Positions 23,985 to 38,900 of a DNA stretch of 64,000 bases are shown here, piece after piece (the stretch's first letter is position 1; the number at the start of each line of letters is the position of its first letter). The stretch is from Sphagnum compactum (lineage: Eukaryota), in assembly GCA_965153455.1 (NCBI GenBank), contig OZ234493.1, positions 26,278,213 to 26,342,212 of the forward strand, read 5' to 3'. A program made the position numbers and the translations under genes. The notes beneath the pieces are model-generated. The model was not told where the DNA came from. It saw only the letters and a list, made by a program, of their open reading frames with translations, and ran no database searches.

Positions 23985-26900
23985 CAATAACAGACTCACC
24001 TGGTATTGAAATTTCAAAACTTAATAACCTACAGATGACCTGGTCATCCATCATCTAGGTAGGTTATCAATCCTAAATGCTAAACATGTTTATGTTATAA
24101 AATAGAAATGCAGAAAAATAAAATCATTTTTCTTAAAAGCCCTATGACCAGTAGTTATCAACTGGTTATTTGATAACCTCTACCCTTATTAACCAAAAAC
24201 ATTGATAACCTAATTGACATTTTAAAATTTTTTGATATTGATATTGATAACCTAATTAGCACCCCATTTTGGTGGAAGCTTGCAGATGGTTATGTTGATT
24301 GGGCATTGCCATGTGGATGAAGCTTGTGTGTGAGGTCTTGATTTTTTTACCAAAGGAGTGCATGCCCAATGGGTTCTGCTTTGTTTGATGGGATCTTTGG
24401 GATGGTTTGTTGCCATGTGAATTTTTGTGAGTTTTTGACTTCCAAGCAAAGGAGTTGCACATGGCACCATACATTTGACTAGTTGCCAGCACTCAAGAGG
24501 AAGCCTGCACTCAATGAGATTGTGCACATTGAGTGCACCAATGAGGGTGGTGGGTATTGCAAGAAAGTCAACAAGGGCTAATTGTGAAAACTCATTTATG
24601 AATGGACTCAAGATTTCCATCATTCCTCTTGGCTTCTCTTTGAAGGTGCTCCCCATTTTCAAACTTCCTCACATTCACATTTTTAAAATTGTAAGGCTTC
24701 ATTTCATTCTTGAAATACCTTGTCATGATTCGTATAGGTGTTGTTTATTGATGATGAGTCGATCAATCATATCAACGACATGTTTGGTGTGGGACTCCAT
24801 GTAGTGTGAACGGGGCCAAGCTGATGACAAGAAGAAGTAATACAAACTCTTTTGCAATTTTACTTTCATATTGGGGGGAATTAAAAGCCAATTTGTGTTT
24901 TTAAAGCATAATCCAAAATGTTAGTTTGAAATAATAGGGGTTCAAAATCCACTTTAGCCTATATTGTAGTGTATTTTTAATATGTGTACTTGAATAAGTA
25001 CATAATACAAAGGTAGCAAAAACTATAATTGTCCAAGGTGATAGACCTTAAACCATTAAGGTCTTTGCCACATGTGTTATTAAAAATATCAAACTTAAAT
25101 GTATCCTCCAATTCTTATGATTTGTCTTCATTGGGTTGTAGTAATCATATTGGGAAGATTACAACTTGAATAGGCTATCATTATAAGTTAAGTTACAAAG
25201 ATTAATAACAATGAACTAAGTATTAATAATCAATTTAATTAGTACCAGTAGGTTCAATTCAATTAATATTATACAGGGACTTACAAAAAAAAAGAATTAA
25301 AACATTTTTTTGCACAACTTGGGGAAAAAAAAAGAATTAATGGTAATGTGGGATCATAATATTTATGAAAATCTAATTGAACAAATGATTTTCTTAGAAT
25401 ATCAAATGTGGTGTTAATATATGAACATAAAGCTTATGCACATGATAAAAAGAAAGTTGAATTAAGAATAATTATAATTTGCAACCAAAAGCTTTATATG
25501 AGTGATTGGAAAGAGAAAAAATCAAAATAAATGATAATGCATGACCATTTTATTATTTATATGAAAGAAAAAAGATCAAAACTAATGATAATGTGTAATC
25601 ATACAATACATATTTTTTATTGAAACTTTTCACACATGTGATTAAAATGCTTTCAATTACACAAAAAAATTAATTCAAAGCTTCTTTTTTGGGACCTAGG
25701 TTGCTTCTCATTCACTTTTCACCAAGTTCTAAATATTATTTGAATTATTTGACACATGGAATACAAAATGGATTTTTTATTTTGAATTTTTTTATCTCAA
25801 TAAAATCATTCAACATTTGCATCACTTACAAGTGGTGGCATTAATTTTGTTGTGTATGTGTGATAGTGTTGGGTAGGTATTAAAGTCCAATATACACCCA
25901 TTCTCCCTTTTGCTTCCATCAGCCTAGGTTAAAGTTGGTGAATTAATTACACATTTACGCATGTAAATTTTGCTTAACAAATGAAGGGAGGTTACATGCA
26001 CCCAAGAGGCTCAATTTATTTTCCCTTTGGGGCACGTGCGTATTTTTTTGTTTCTTTTTTTCGGGAGAAGGGGAACCAATGATTGGTAACCACCTAGATG
26101 CCACTTCATTGAAGCAAATGATGGTGACACTACCTAAATGCCATTTCACTAAAGCAAAATGTGGTGACATTTCTTTTTTGTATTTGATTTATTGGTGATG
26201 TAAGTGGTAACTTACATATTTTCTTTTCATGTGGTCAACATGGATGGTGTCAATTGTGCTAATGTTTGCATGTTTTTTTTTTTTTCCAAACAACCAAAAA
26301 CATTAATCACAAGTGTGTGTGGGTGGGGGGGGTGTTTGTGTAAAACAATTGTGTTTCTTTACAATTCTATAATGGGAATACAAACTTGTATTTGGGGTTT
26401 TCAAAGTTTCAAAAATTTCTTCTGATGAATGAAAGAGGTTCATTGCAATAAGAAATTTTGAACTTGACAAGCATGGCAACTAATCAATAGGAAAACAATA
26501 TAATAAACTACCAAGGCAAAAGCATGTTAAAGTATACAGAAAAAGTAAGTGTTTTGATTTTTATATTGTGCCATGCATATAAATGCAATAACATAACATC
26601 GAAATGGATAGAAGTATAATAGAATACCCTTGGTGCCCTGTATTACATTTGTAAAATCTACTTTCAAAATATTAAGAACAAATAAATTTTAAAAATAGGC
26701 AAAATAATCCCCATTTGTTGCATGGTAAATTTGTGATTGGGGAATCCTTAACACATCTAATTCAATGAAACATATTGATATTAGGTAAGGATATGAAAAT
26801 AATGATATTCTTAAAGGCATCATTAAAAAAATGTTTTGCTTTTTATTTGTTAGAACCTACTTATCACGTACTTTACAAAAGTCCATACTGCAAAAAGTAG

Positions 26901-27039
26901 ATGAAAAATAAATTGCAAAATCTACTTGTATTTTTAAAATCTATTTTCAACCTACTTTTACAATGTGGAGTTTGAATCTTAATGCACAATAGTGAGAAAA
27001 TTATCTTGTCTTTGACCATTCAAATAAAAATATTCCACA

Positions 27040-27984
27040 TCTTATATATTAATTCACTAAGTCTGTCAGTTTGTCTGTGACCGTTGGTTTTATGTCCGGT
27101 CCATTAGACTGACAGACTGACAGACTTAGTCCCGCTATCGAATAAACTTGTTGCAGGCAGTCTTGGGGCCCTACGTCGTTGTCCCAAAGCAGGATATAGA
27201 AATAAAACTCACATAACCGGTGAAATACCCGATGGTTTCTTATTGCAAGTAAATAACCGCTCAAACACAAGAGCACTGACTCGGCTTTTATGTCGCCTGA
27301 TGCCCGCGTGGTATCGCACGCCATCTGCACCGTCCGGATGGTCGTTCTTGAGGAATCTAACGGCAGAGTTCAGATTCCGCACGGTAGTAAGCTCAGTTAG
27401 AGAAAATTAGGGTTTGGCGCTCTGAAGGGGTAATAGCTTCCATCGCTGCTGTTCTTTCCGTGTGTGTCTGTCATATTCCGCGGAAAAGAAAATAGAAACT
27501 AAATAAATAAATAAACGCATAAAAAGAGAAAAAAATGAAGATAGAAAAAATAAGAATAAAAAAAATTAAAACAAGAAACAAACATAAACAAAAAAAGTAA
27601 AAACACAAAAACTATAAAAAAGGAATGGGAACAAATGAAACAAGGAAAGGGAAATATAGTAAAATCATTTTAAAAGAAAAAAATTACAAAAAAGAAGATA
27701 CCAAATAAAAAGTAGAAAATAAGAAAAAATAAAACTTATAATAATGAAGAAAAACCCTACTTGAAAAAGAATGGGGTGTGTCTTCTTTTTCCAAACTTCA
27801 AACTTGCATCCAAACAAACAAAAATACAAAAGTGAAAAAGAAACACTTTATTTTTATTATAAAAGAAATAATAATAAAAACAAAAAACACATAAAAAAAT
27901 AAAAGTTAAAAAAAAAAAAGTAAAACATGAACCAAACATTGTTGAAATAACACACACCTGTGCATTAGGCACGGGGTTCTCTAA
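27040..27984 (+). mobile_element. Putative non-autonomous Helitron (~945 bp)
   Basis: 5' end A|TCTTATATAT followed by gtctgtca repeats. 3' end has a GC hairpin cctgtgc-attag-gcacggg followed by CTAA|T (CTRR). It sits between A and T with no TSD. The internal A-rich segment is related to 56230-56590 (inverted). Confidence 0.6.
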
Positions 27985-30900
27985 TGGCTGCATGGATAAA
28001 TGTAGTAATAGCTGGGTGTTCATTTATAACAAGGATATAGATATGACAATAAAATAGCAACAACGCAGCCAGCATTTGAATTGCACCCATGCAGGGAGCT
28101 GATGAAGTGAGTGGAGATGTTATGGTAGCTGGTCACTGCAATACATGTTGGTGTCTAAGGTCACCGAGCATGCATCATGACAACCCCATGTATGTTTTCA
28201 TGGGGGAATTTTCAACGAATTTTTGTCACGGGTACCCACTAATACAAATGGTTTATGATGGATTTTGTTGTTATTTTTTTCTACTTGTTAAGTAAATTGC
28301 CAAGGAGATTAAGTTGTCTACTTTACCATGCTTTTGCCCACCATAATGTTCATAATTAAACAAGTTTTTAAGCCAGTTCTTTGCCTAACATGATTACTTT
28401 GAGCAAAGTGGTTCCACCAACATTCTAGTAGCAATCATAGTAGAATAATAAAAGACCCATTCTTCACATTTGGGTGGCTTCTAGTCTTCTAATGTTTGAG
28501 GGGTCTATCATACTAACATTAACTACATACAACATGTCAAAAATAGGCAATACATATCAAGAGAACATGTCTTTTCCTATTGTATGCCATTTATAAAAGG
28601 AGTATAAAAGCCAAGTAACATATCATTACCTTTCTAATGAAGTTAAACTACCCCTATAGACTTTGTAGATGTCAATGTGGTGCCATGTACAACATCTACA
28701 TGGTTCCTATTGTAGGGTTTGAATAATGTCATGGTTGTAGATAAGTAAATAAACAATTAAAATGCCATTAGGCAACCAATGGATGGAACTAATGTAATCC
28801 AAAATGTTCTAAAACCTTGGTAATTTTTGGAACTAAAATCTTTAAGTTCTAAAAACCTAAAGAATATTTTTTAATCATTGTAAAACATGGTTCACTTGCT
28901 ACACCAACTAAAGTCCAAAATCATAATTCTACTTTATAAATTGGAGCACACAATTACATTTGAATCTTTTTAAGTCCTCTCATTCTTACATGACCCCTAC
29001 AACATCACTATATTTTTTTAAATTGGAGTTGACTTTGTGGGGTCAAACCCTCACTTCTATCACATTTAACTCGAACTTTACTCCCAACCCCAAATTTAGA
29101 TGCCTCTAAGATGCGACACATAGTTTTTATCACATTCCTTTTTGAACAGTCCTACCCATTACAAACCTAAACTTGGTTCTATGCGACTTATAACAATTCT
29201 CATTGAAAAATTCTTCCAAATTGTGATCTATTTTCTCTATTCCAATTCATCCCTAGTTACCTTGATTCACAAACTTCTCATAGTACACAACCCATTCACA
29301 TTGGATATGATGTTCTAAAATGCATATCTTTTTCTTTCAATTTCAACCAATGCAATTTACTTACATCCTCAGAATATCCTAGACTTTTATTCAATCCCAC
29401 TCTACACACATATATTCACACATTCAACATGTCTAATACATACAACACATTAAGATTTAATGAATTATGTTTGCCTTCCCTTCCAAAACCATTGTGTAAT
29501 TATCTTCTTGTTCCTAATCCTCGCTTGTTTCCTCATCAAAACTCCTCCATCATTCCTACTTGCCAAATTCCTTTCTAGTCACCTCCCAAACATCCCACCA
29601 ATCAATAGCAACTCTCCATCACCTACCCACAAACAAAACAAACAAACACAAAATGGCAAACTTCATGCCTTTTTAAAACACTTCCTTTAGCCATCTTCTT
29701 GGAACTCTAAAATAGAAAAAGTGATAAACATTTTGTAACCCCAAAAAGAAGGGGTGAAGAAAAACAATATCTTATGCATAAAAGATTCAAAGTAGAGCCA
29801 TAAACCCTAGGAATTCTACAACGTTATCAATTCCAACACTTGCATTGTAAACCCGATGTTACCATAAATTTCATTGGTGCAACTGATTTGACAGAACAAG
29901 ATTCAATATTCTGTATGTAAATCGCCAACTATTACATACGTGTGAGCCCTCACAAACTTGTCATAATGGCAACAAACAGTTGGCTGCCATGTACAAAACC
30001 ATTAAAAGTTGAGGTATAGTTTGAGGTCAGAACTCTCAAGGTTCTTTCAGTCCATATGAGCTGCTAACCCTTTTCCAACTAATGCCACAATGTAGAGGAT
30101 CATTAAGTTCCTTATCTGATAAACCCTAGTCTTAGAAACATCTGGATCTACATGTCTGGATCAAAGTATGAGTGATGTATACCAAGTTTACTTAAAACCA
30201 CTCAGAAAAAACATGTTTTTTTTTGTGCAAGAATAGGCTATAGATATATTTCTATGAAGTTCCCACTCTTGTCCTCATTTATCTCATTCTACCTAGCCCA
30301 AGGACACCCCACTGAGGCTTCTAGTATTCATTCAGACAACATGGATTCAAGAGAGATGCAACAAAGGTCCCCATTCCAAATGCATACTTGTCCCTACATG
30401 CCCCTTTTTCTATAGCTCGAACTTCCTTCCTTTTGTCATCAATCTTCAACATCAACCCCTTATAAAATCTATTCTTCCTAAGGACATATTGCTTGCCATA
30501 GTGTACTTACTAGCGTAGTGGAAATCAACAACTACTAATCACGACTAATCCAACCTGCTATCTCCTGAAACACATGAAAAAAAAAAAAAAGATAGAATCT
30601 GCATGCATTGCTCCCAAATTCTCCTTCTTCTTTTGTCTTCCACTGTCCTACTATGCAAACCTCCATTGAATGTTGCAACTCCTTTAGCCATCCATAGTTT
30701 AGTGTCGATCTGTTCTTCATAACACACAAACAAACAAGACGTCCTATCCATGCTTATAAATTTCCTTGAAACAGTAATTGCTGCAATGATGAAATATTTC
30801 CCGCCGTTAGCATGTAGAAAGTTGACGACCACTGAAAACAAAAACCAAAACCTTAAAAACTTGCCATGTTCACATTATCCAAGGGCCTTTATGTCTGGTC

Positions 30901-33900
30901 ACACTTCCAACAGTTTCTAACATTTTGACTAAAAGTTGGTTCAATCTCTCAAAACCCTCAACAATTCATGCTGAGATAATACCATCACATGTCAATAGAA
31001 TCTTGTTCACACAATTTGAAGTTACACTAGGCTCTTGCTAGGCACCTCATTTGTTTGTGGAATGGTTGAGGGTTGAAGTTTGAACTATTGAGCAATTGGA
31101 AGAGATGTTAAACAAAAAGAATTCCCAAAAAAGTGTGATAATGGAGATCATGAACTGGGTCCAGGACACCACCCACCACCAGCTGCAAAGTTCATAAGGG
31201 TGTTTAACATCCCTCCCCTAGACCTCGTAATTCCAGGTGGCATTTTACTACATAATTGTTCTGATAAGTGGCCTCCATTTGTGGCCTTGGAAAAGAGAGA
31301 TATTAGAAGCTGGACACCTGTCACTTAACTGTCTTCTAATATTTAAATAGTTAAATGAATGCTGGTTTCCCAACTTGTAATTCAGGTGGGATTTTAAGAT
31401 CTCCCTACAACCCAAAGAGGAAATAATTTGGAACCTTGTTGTCCAAAGGGGACAAAGTCAATAATCGAGGAACCTGGCAAAACAGTGGGGGAGAAGGAAC
31501 TATACAGAAAATGAACCTCCCAAGTACATAGACAATGAACCCCATGCAGACCGAGACAGGCAAGACAATCAATCCCCTTTTACTTACTACATACGGGCCA
31601 AGTAAAATGAAGGAGGAATAAGAAAGAACCCCAACCTATTGACTTCCCGTTCATTGGTGAATGTTCATTTTTCATGGGTTGACAGTAATAAGTTATTTGG
31701 AGCAATGCTTGATTGCAACCAACAAACGAATAATATAATAGCTTGTGGAAAATGCCACAAGTTTTAGGCCAGGGGCAGTTGCCAATGGACTTTTTCCTTC
31801 TTGCACATAGATTGCATTGCATAAGAGTGTGCTCAAGACAAGGAAGATTTGATGGTTGACATGTACTTCACTTGGCATCAAGTGTCATTTCACTGTTCCC
31901 CCTCCCCGTCCCCTCAACAACTCTCATCACGAGGTGACATTACTTATCCCTTAGACCTTTATGCTAGAGAAAGTTGTTGCTTTTGTGGGTGTGTGTCTGG
32001 CCTTTTGGACTCTTGTACTGGTTGAGATAGATGGGTAGTAGTAGGCCAAGGTGCCAAGTTCCAACTCCAAACTCATGGTTTCCACCGTCAAGCCAAACAG
32101 CATTGAGTAGCTTATAGCTGCTTCAAATGTGGTCTGGTTGTTGTTACACTGGTTCCTTCAGAGAATGATACATGAGATCGGTTCCAGGTAACCTGAATTA
32201 CAACCTTCGATTAACTGTTGGTTAACCTTTGGTTAGCCTCGATTTCTAGTTGTTTTTTAACACTGGAAGGAACATAATTGAGGAATCTTTGCTGGGGATA
32301 GATAACCAGGGTTGGTCAGGTATACAAATTCTAACACATCAGTGGGTATAATCAGGGTGTATAATCGTTGCAAAATTACTAATCCAAGTAAGTGTAAAGG
32401 TAATGACCAAAATGTACCTTGTTCACAACGTAAGGTTAAGATAATTATTTGATAGTATATCCTATGAATAGAAATGGGTAAATGTAGAGTAAAGAAAAGT
32501 AATGATAATATGTACAAAGGATGGCACATTGAGAAGAAAGACAATTAGTTGTGCAATTGGCATTGCAAACATGAACACATGAAATCAAAAAAATAGGTTT
32601 AGTAACAAATTCACTGACATATGATAAGACTCTCAATGTTTAATATAGGTTTACATATATATTATTCATGTTAACCACTAGTGTGAACAAATCCTTCATA
32701 ACCATGCACTTTGCAAAATATGAAAATGTGTCTATGCTATTAGGATGAATTTGGCATATACTCACTTTTCACCAACCTCAAAAACAATTAGCCTCTCTCG
32801 GAAAAAAATTAACCTCAAATATTATGTATTAGTTAGAATAAAAACAGGGTAAGACGAAATACTTACCAGACAAGTAATGTAACTGAAAGTAGCTGAGTAG
32901 CAAAAAAATTCACCAGTTGGGTAGGATATATATATCACCCAATGGAATATCAAGGTACATAGGCTGGCCTACACACTCAAGCCTGGAGATAACCCATGGA
33001 AACAGAAATGAAGGCATTAGGAGGCATCAAGGTGCACGGACCTGGGCTCTGGACCCAAACAACTCGAGATGTCTTTCAATCCTGCTCAACAAAATCATTG
33101 CATCCAGTGTGGAATGTGCCCCTTACGTATGAAGCTGAAACTATCAATATAATGGTGAGGTCTTCTTTGTGAGAAACAAGAAGTACCTCTACTCTACGCT
33201 ATTAGAAGAGACTCTTTGAATTATGTGGAGGAACTTCTTGCCTTTCAAGTCATATAGAGAATACACCTTCCCCTTAGAGGGAGGTCGTGGATTTGTACCC
33301 ATTCAAGCCATTACACATGTGGGAATTTTTTTGGGGGTTTGTCTTGTGTTCTCTTCGGGATTGATTTAATTCTTGGCATGATGTAATGAACAGAGTGAAA
33401 GAAAGTGGGCCAAACTTTGTGCAGACTTCATGACACCATAAAGGGCCCTACACATACGGGTCATCCACACTGAGAAAAAAAAGTGCTTTAAGAGCTACTT
33501 CCTCATTAGAGTTTTGGAGAATTTTTTTGAAGTTGTAAAATTGCTCACAGCTGGATCTAGGAACTCTGTGACATGGGTTTTGACTTGTGCTCAAAGAATG
33601 AATAGTATACTTGCATAAGTTATTTGTGTATGTATATGTAGAGATACCCAACTTCAAGTTATTATATACTCCTCACCTTGTCGTATCAACCCGGCAAGTG
33701 AGAATGTTGAACTTAATTCGACACCAAGATTCAAGGCCATCTTTGCCTTTTGTGTCCAGATATCATTCCTTCCATATCTGTGTGCACCCAGATCTCCCTA
33801 GTCAGCATTGGGATTCTTCTTGAGAGGAGAAGTCTAGGTACCTTATGTATAAGATGCCATCCTTATGTATTGATTCTTGAGAAGGGCTTGTGCTTGAGCA

Positions 33901-34739
33901 CAACACAAGGGTTGATTGGTTGCTTGTCACATTTCAGTACCAAGGAAGGGGGTTGTGGTTGAGCAGAAGAAATGGTCATTTCAAGTTTTCATGGACCTTT
34001 TTAACCCTTTTTTTTTTCTCCCCTTCCTTTATCCTTTGTTTGTTGATGTTCTTCACAAAAGGTTTGTTGTTAAACTGAAAAAGGCAATTGACACATGTTT
34101 CCTCAAATTGTATCCATGCAGTACCAGTGTTGGGCGGTTCTCACTAATTTTAGAGAACCATCAATTTTCGGTCTTTTTAGGCCATGTGTGAGAACCGCCG
34201 TGGTTCTCACTTTTTTACAAAAAAAATAGGAGGCTTACGAGAACAGTCCCGGGTATCAGAATTTTTTTTTCAAGGAACAAGGAAACAATTCCGATTCTCA
34301 AGCTTGACGGTTCTCAACAATTTGAGAACAGCCAGTTTTCTTGGCTGGTTCTCACAAGTCGGATCTCAGAAATTTCCATATATTTTTTTGACATTGAGGG
34401 TGTTGGCAAGCTACGGTGTACACAATTTGACTCAAATTTGAAACTACATGTAATATCAAAAGTAGCAACAAGTAAGATTTCACCCACTTCGATAATTTTA
34501 AAGATCACATATAAATCATTTGGGCTTCAACATTAAAGAAAGTCACAAGAATTATGAATATGAAATTGAAATATAATTGTACATTTGTGTAAATATACAC
34601 CAATAATTTAATAAAGGTTTTTTAAAAACCCGTATTTGATAACAATTTTTCATTTTTTTAAAAAATTCAAAACTTCATCTTACTTTTCTCAAATGATTAA
34701 GAAAACACTTAGCTGAGATAAATTGTCAATGGAAGACCA

Positions 34740-37700
34740 TTTTTCAACCTAAAAAATCATAATCATCAACATTGTCATGCCATAATGTACTAATAAACAT
34801 TTTAAAATCATTTGATCTAAATTCCATGACCTTGAAAAAAATTGAAAACCTTGATGGGAAAGATCGTTCTATATGACAGATTTGTTAAAAATGTGATACA
34901 ACTTTTCAAATCAAAATAATACTTTGTTGGATTATTATATCATTCATATATGCATTGATTTCACAACATAATGCTAGATTGGGATATAAACCATTATCTA
35001 TTACAAAATTTTGGTGAAAATTATTTTCCAAAATTCTATCATGATGCATGAAACTCGGATAGGTATTGAAAATTGAAACTATGACAGTTTTTTGTGTAGA
35101 CCATAGCTTGCCAACACCCTTGAATATATTTTCAGTAGTTTATAAGTCCACAATTTCATCTCTTTCAAAAGTTCCTTCAAATTGTTATAATTCCTCTTCC
35201 AAGTCTACATCTATTCCAATAAGTTTTAAAAGGTTAGGAGGGTATTTACAACCAACTTTACAATCATTGGGCTAATTTTTGTTCATAAAATTTAATTTCT
35301 CTAAATTTTTTGATTGTTAACAACATCTTCTCAAATTAATGAGGAATTCAATCAAGGAAAAGATCCTTTCAGTCTCTTATAGGGAACCAACAATCCCAAA
35401 AATTTGACGAACAAGAAACCCAACTGTGCAAAACATGGTTTCATGTTTCCCCCACCATTAAAAGGGACATTTGATCTCCTTCACATCCACTAAATAATGC
35501 CAAAAAACCAACAGTTCCTTCTTAACAAACTCTTTTGTTAGCTCAACACTCCCTATTGTCATTTTAAAATATCAAATTATTGTCATCATCCACTCTCTAG
35601 TCAATAAAACCATTATTAGATTCTATCGATGGAAGCAAGTGATAATAACATCACATGAACATAGGATACAATGGCATTGTATTATATTGTTCAACAATTG
35701 CTACTCCTTGAAAATGACCAATGAAAGAAGACACTAAACAAAAACTTTTAAATCTTGGGTTCAACATTAGAGCTAACATATTATGTGATTTTTTTTCATC
35801 AAATTTCTTCAAGAACAAAAAAATTTATTGAGAATTCCACAAACCTCTTTTCTAATGTTAGAAGGCAAACAAATTAATTCAAGTGCTAGACCATAATTTT
35901 CTTCCATTAAGGTTTAAAAAGATGGTGCATTTTTTAGTTCTTCTTTCAATTTCAAGCTTATGGAAATGGTAGAATGAAGGGCATCATTTAATAACCAATG
36001 TCCCTTAAATTAATTTAGAACACAAGTAGCTATAAGAGGGGAGAGATAATCAACAACAATTTGACAATTATTGACGCACTCCCAAGCTCCTTGATAGACT
36101 CAAATGTGAATCTGGTTTGAACCAACGAAAGGGTAAGGAGTTGAGGCACATTCCCTGACTCGCAACACTTGGGGGGGGGGGGGGGGGGTAGAGGGGTGTG
36201 CTGGAGCTCCGAAATGAGACTAAGAAGAATGACAAGCAATTAATCACTCACCCGAACCTGCACAAACCAAACAACAAGTTGGTTAGTGCAAAGCTGGAGC
36301 ACTTTTGGTGCTAGGACGAGCCACGGGCAAACTCGGACTCACAAGACTCACCACTGCTCGGACTTGGGGGAAGCCATCACCTTCCCCCTTATAGTATACT
36401 TTGTGCCTAGTCACGGGACTAGCACCCAAATGGTTTTTTGTCCCAAGTGGCAATCTTGAAATTCCCAAAACTAAGATTCCCGCGACTTTGGGGACCCATA
36501 ATTTGGCATGCGGACTTCCGATTGAGATGAGATCGAAAATCAAAGTTTTAGCCCTTGTCGAGAGCTTTTCCAACAATATGTCGCACGCCACCTGCACGCA
36601 AGGAAATCGAGTCAATTCCTGACTTTAAATTCCTTCTTTTGACTATAACTTGTGTAGAAATGTCCAAATGGGTCATGCGAGCCCATTTTAGACATCTACG
36701 TTCCAAGAGCTTTCCAATGGTATAAGGAAGTCATCAATCCATTGGGTTTTGACCTTTGTAATTGTGCTTTGAAAATTCAAGAGTCCATTGGGACTCCAAG
36801 TCCCAAAGTGGGAGTTCCCTTGGGAGTGTGAGGGGTCATTCCCTCACACTCTCCTACACTCCTGAAAGCACGGGATGTGACTCCCAAGCTTCCTCTTGGC
36901 CTACACCCTTGCAAGCCCTCGCCTTGGTCGTAAACTTAAGGTTAAGGTTGCGACAAATATGCCATGTCAAAAGGGGTGGAACTCTAATTGTCATTCTCAT
37001 TGAACTTGAACTACATAACAAAGCATTATAACATTTTTGAACTATACACTCTCTTGAAAAAGAATGATTTTGCTAACAAACCTTCAAAAAAACACAAACA
37101 AATGATCATTATTTACATTGTAGCAAACATTAACAAAAATCATAATAAACAAATAAGTATTAAAGTTTTGATAATAACCTCGTTTTAACTATAGTGTTCA
37201 ATTTTCTTTAAGGAAAATTCAAATTTGCACAAGCCTTGTTCCATTCCTTAACTTTTTCAGCAAAGTTATGCATTTGAAGGGGGACATTAATTTTAAAAAA
37301 TAAAAAATACGTGAATAAAAATAGAGGGCGCAATATACTGGTTGTTGGGTATAAAATATAAGTTAATTAGTCAAAAAATAGGGTACGTTTTATTCAAATA
37401 GTCAATTTAATCATAATATAAGGTATAATAATATGAAATAATGGATTATAATTAATATAGGGTGGTTTTAATATATATATATATACATTATAAAAGTAGA
37501 TGATAATAGGGTGATAAAAATTTACATTGGACAACTATTTAATATCCCCTTTAAAAATGGTCATTTGACACACGTAGATCTTAAACTTTACATTAAATGT
37601 CCCCCTGGGGTCATGCATTTATATAAGTCAAATTGGGTAGTTTTGATAGATACATATTTCAAACCCTTATAGACTTTTTCATTAACTAAAACATAGTGAC

Positions 37701-38900
37701 AAGCCTTAAAAAATACATGGCCAAAAGAACTACCTTAAAAGCTTTTTATCAAACTTTAGGGCTGCAATCATACTATTTAAATTAGATCCTTCATCTTCAA
37801 CATAAGCAATGATTTTTTTTCTCCAGTCATACTTCCTTCACAATTTTGTCAAGTCTATGGCTAATGCATGCCCAAAGTATCAAATGTTTCAAAAAGCCCA
37901 ATTGCAATATGTTTTGGTTGTCAGTTAGCCCCCCAAAAAATAATAACAAAGGCAAAAATGTCATAAGCCCCTTTTGAGATTCACAAATTAAAACTTGTTA
38001 CATAATAACAATCTACCAAAGCAAGTAGGACATATAATTGTTTTATTTTTTCCACCAATTTTGGAAAAATTTCTCTTGAATTTTGTTTCCTACAAGGCAA
38101 AACAACCCTTGAACACAAATGTAGATTAAATCCTTTTAACCATTGGTTTTTTTCAACAAGATGCATTGGCAAATTGTTTTTAACAATTAAAAAATTAAGT
38201 ATTCCAAAAACTGTTTTTGTTGCACGTCATCTTTTTTATAGGAATCTTTGGTAACAAAAACATTAGAGATAGTGGTTTCATTTACATGAGGTATTTTTTT
38301 TGCAGGTTGATTTTCATAAGGTTTTTTAAACAAATTGTTTAATTCTTCAAATATTTTTGCAATCATAGAATAGTTTACATAAACATGTTTTTGCTGGCAG
38401 TAATTCCATTTGTGCTATTATACAATGTCAAACCTTTCCTTGCTTATGTTTTGGCATTTTTAAATTAAAATTAGACTCGCGTACAAAAAATGCATTTCTT
38501 CAATTGAGAACATTTAACATCCATTGACTTATTGTCATTTATACAATAAAATGACCAACATAGTGCATTTCTACTATCATGTTTTCACTAAATTTTTTGA
38601 AGATACATTTTTTTCAAATTTTCCTTCAATTTTTCTTCCCCCAATTTGCATTAATATATTTTTTTATTTGCAAACTTGGCTGAATTTCAAACTCTTCTTC
38701 CATTACAATGTCATTTAAATATATTTCATCATTATTATTCATTTTGTTTTCATTTGGGACGACTCTTCCATTATCAGTTGCAAGATGAAATTTTGCTAGA
38801 TGAATGGCAAAGAAAACCAAACAATAATATGCAAACCTTTAGGCTACCAAAAGTTTAATTTACTCAATATGTTTATTTTAATGATTTTGGGTGTTTTTAC
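34740..38900 (-). mobile_element. Decayed hAT transposon (dimerisation domain at ~35330-35480), interrupted by a solo LTR
   Basis: Minus-strand WWGKHETMFCTVGFLVRQIFGIVGSL*ETERIFS is the hAT C-terminal dimerisation motif (WW..FP.L..A...L.IPATS...ERxFS). Flanking decayed coding-like sequence; outer boundaries are approximate. Confidence 0.65.
36072..36955. mobile_element. Solo LTR (884 bp)
   Basis: Begins TGACGCA and ends TGCGACA (TG...CA, imperfect terminal inverted repeat). Flanks ATTAT / AATAT are a 5-bp TSD with one mismatch. GC-richer than the surrounding hAT relic. Confidence 0.75.

Noticed and set aside
27300..27480. Telomerase RNA or snRNA gene (AAACCCUAA template-like on the minus strand)
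   Set aside because: There is no properly spaced USE+TATA Pol III promoter and no recognisable conserved TR or snRNA motifs. A telo-box inside a putative Helitron is the simpler explanation.
28300..29700. Possible LINE ORF relic (also 47900-48330 and 49900-50800)
   Set aside because: Looks like decayed coding sequence, but I could not recover diagnostic motifs confidently.
32996..33160. Short exon-like ORF METEMKALGG...TINIM followed by gtgagg
   Set aside because: No recognisable homology or downstream exons.
36170..36188. Poly-G run as a functional element
   Set aside because: A homopolymer inside the solo LTR; it yields only a spurious poly-Pro ORF.
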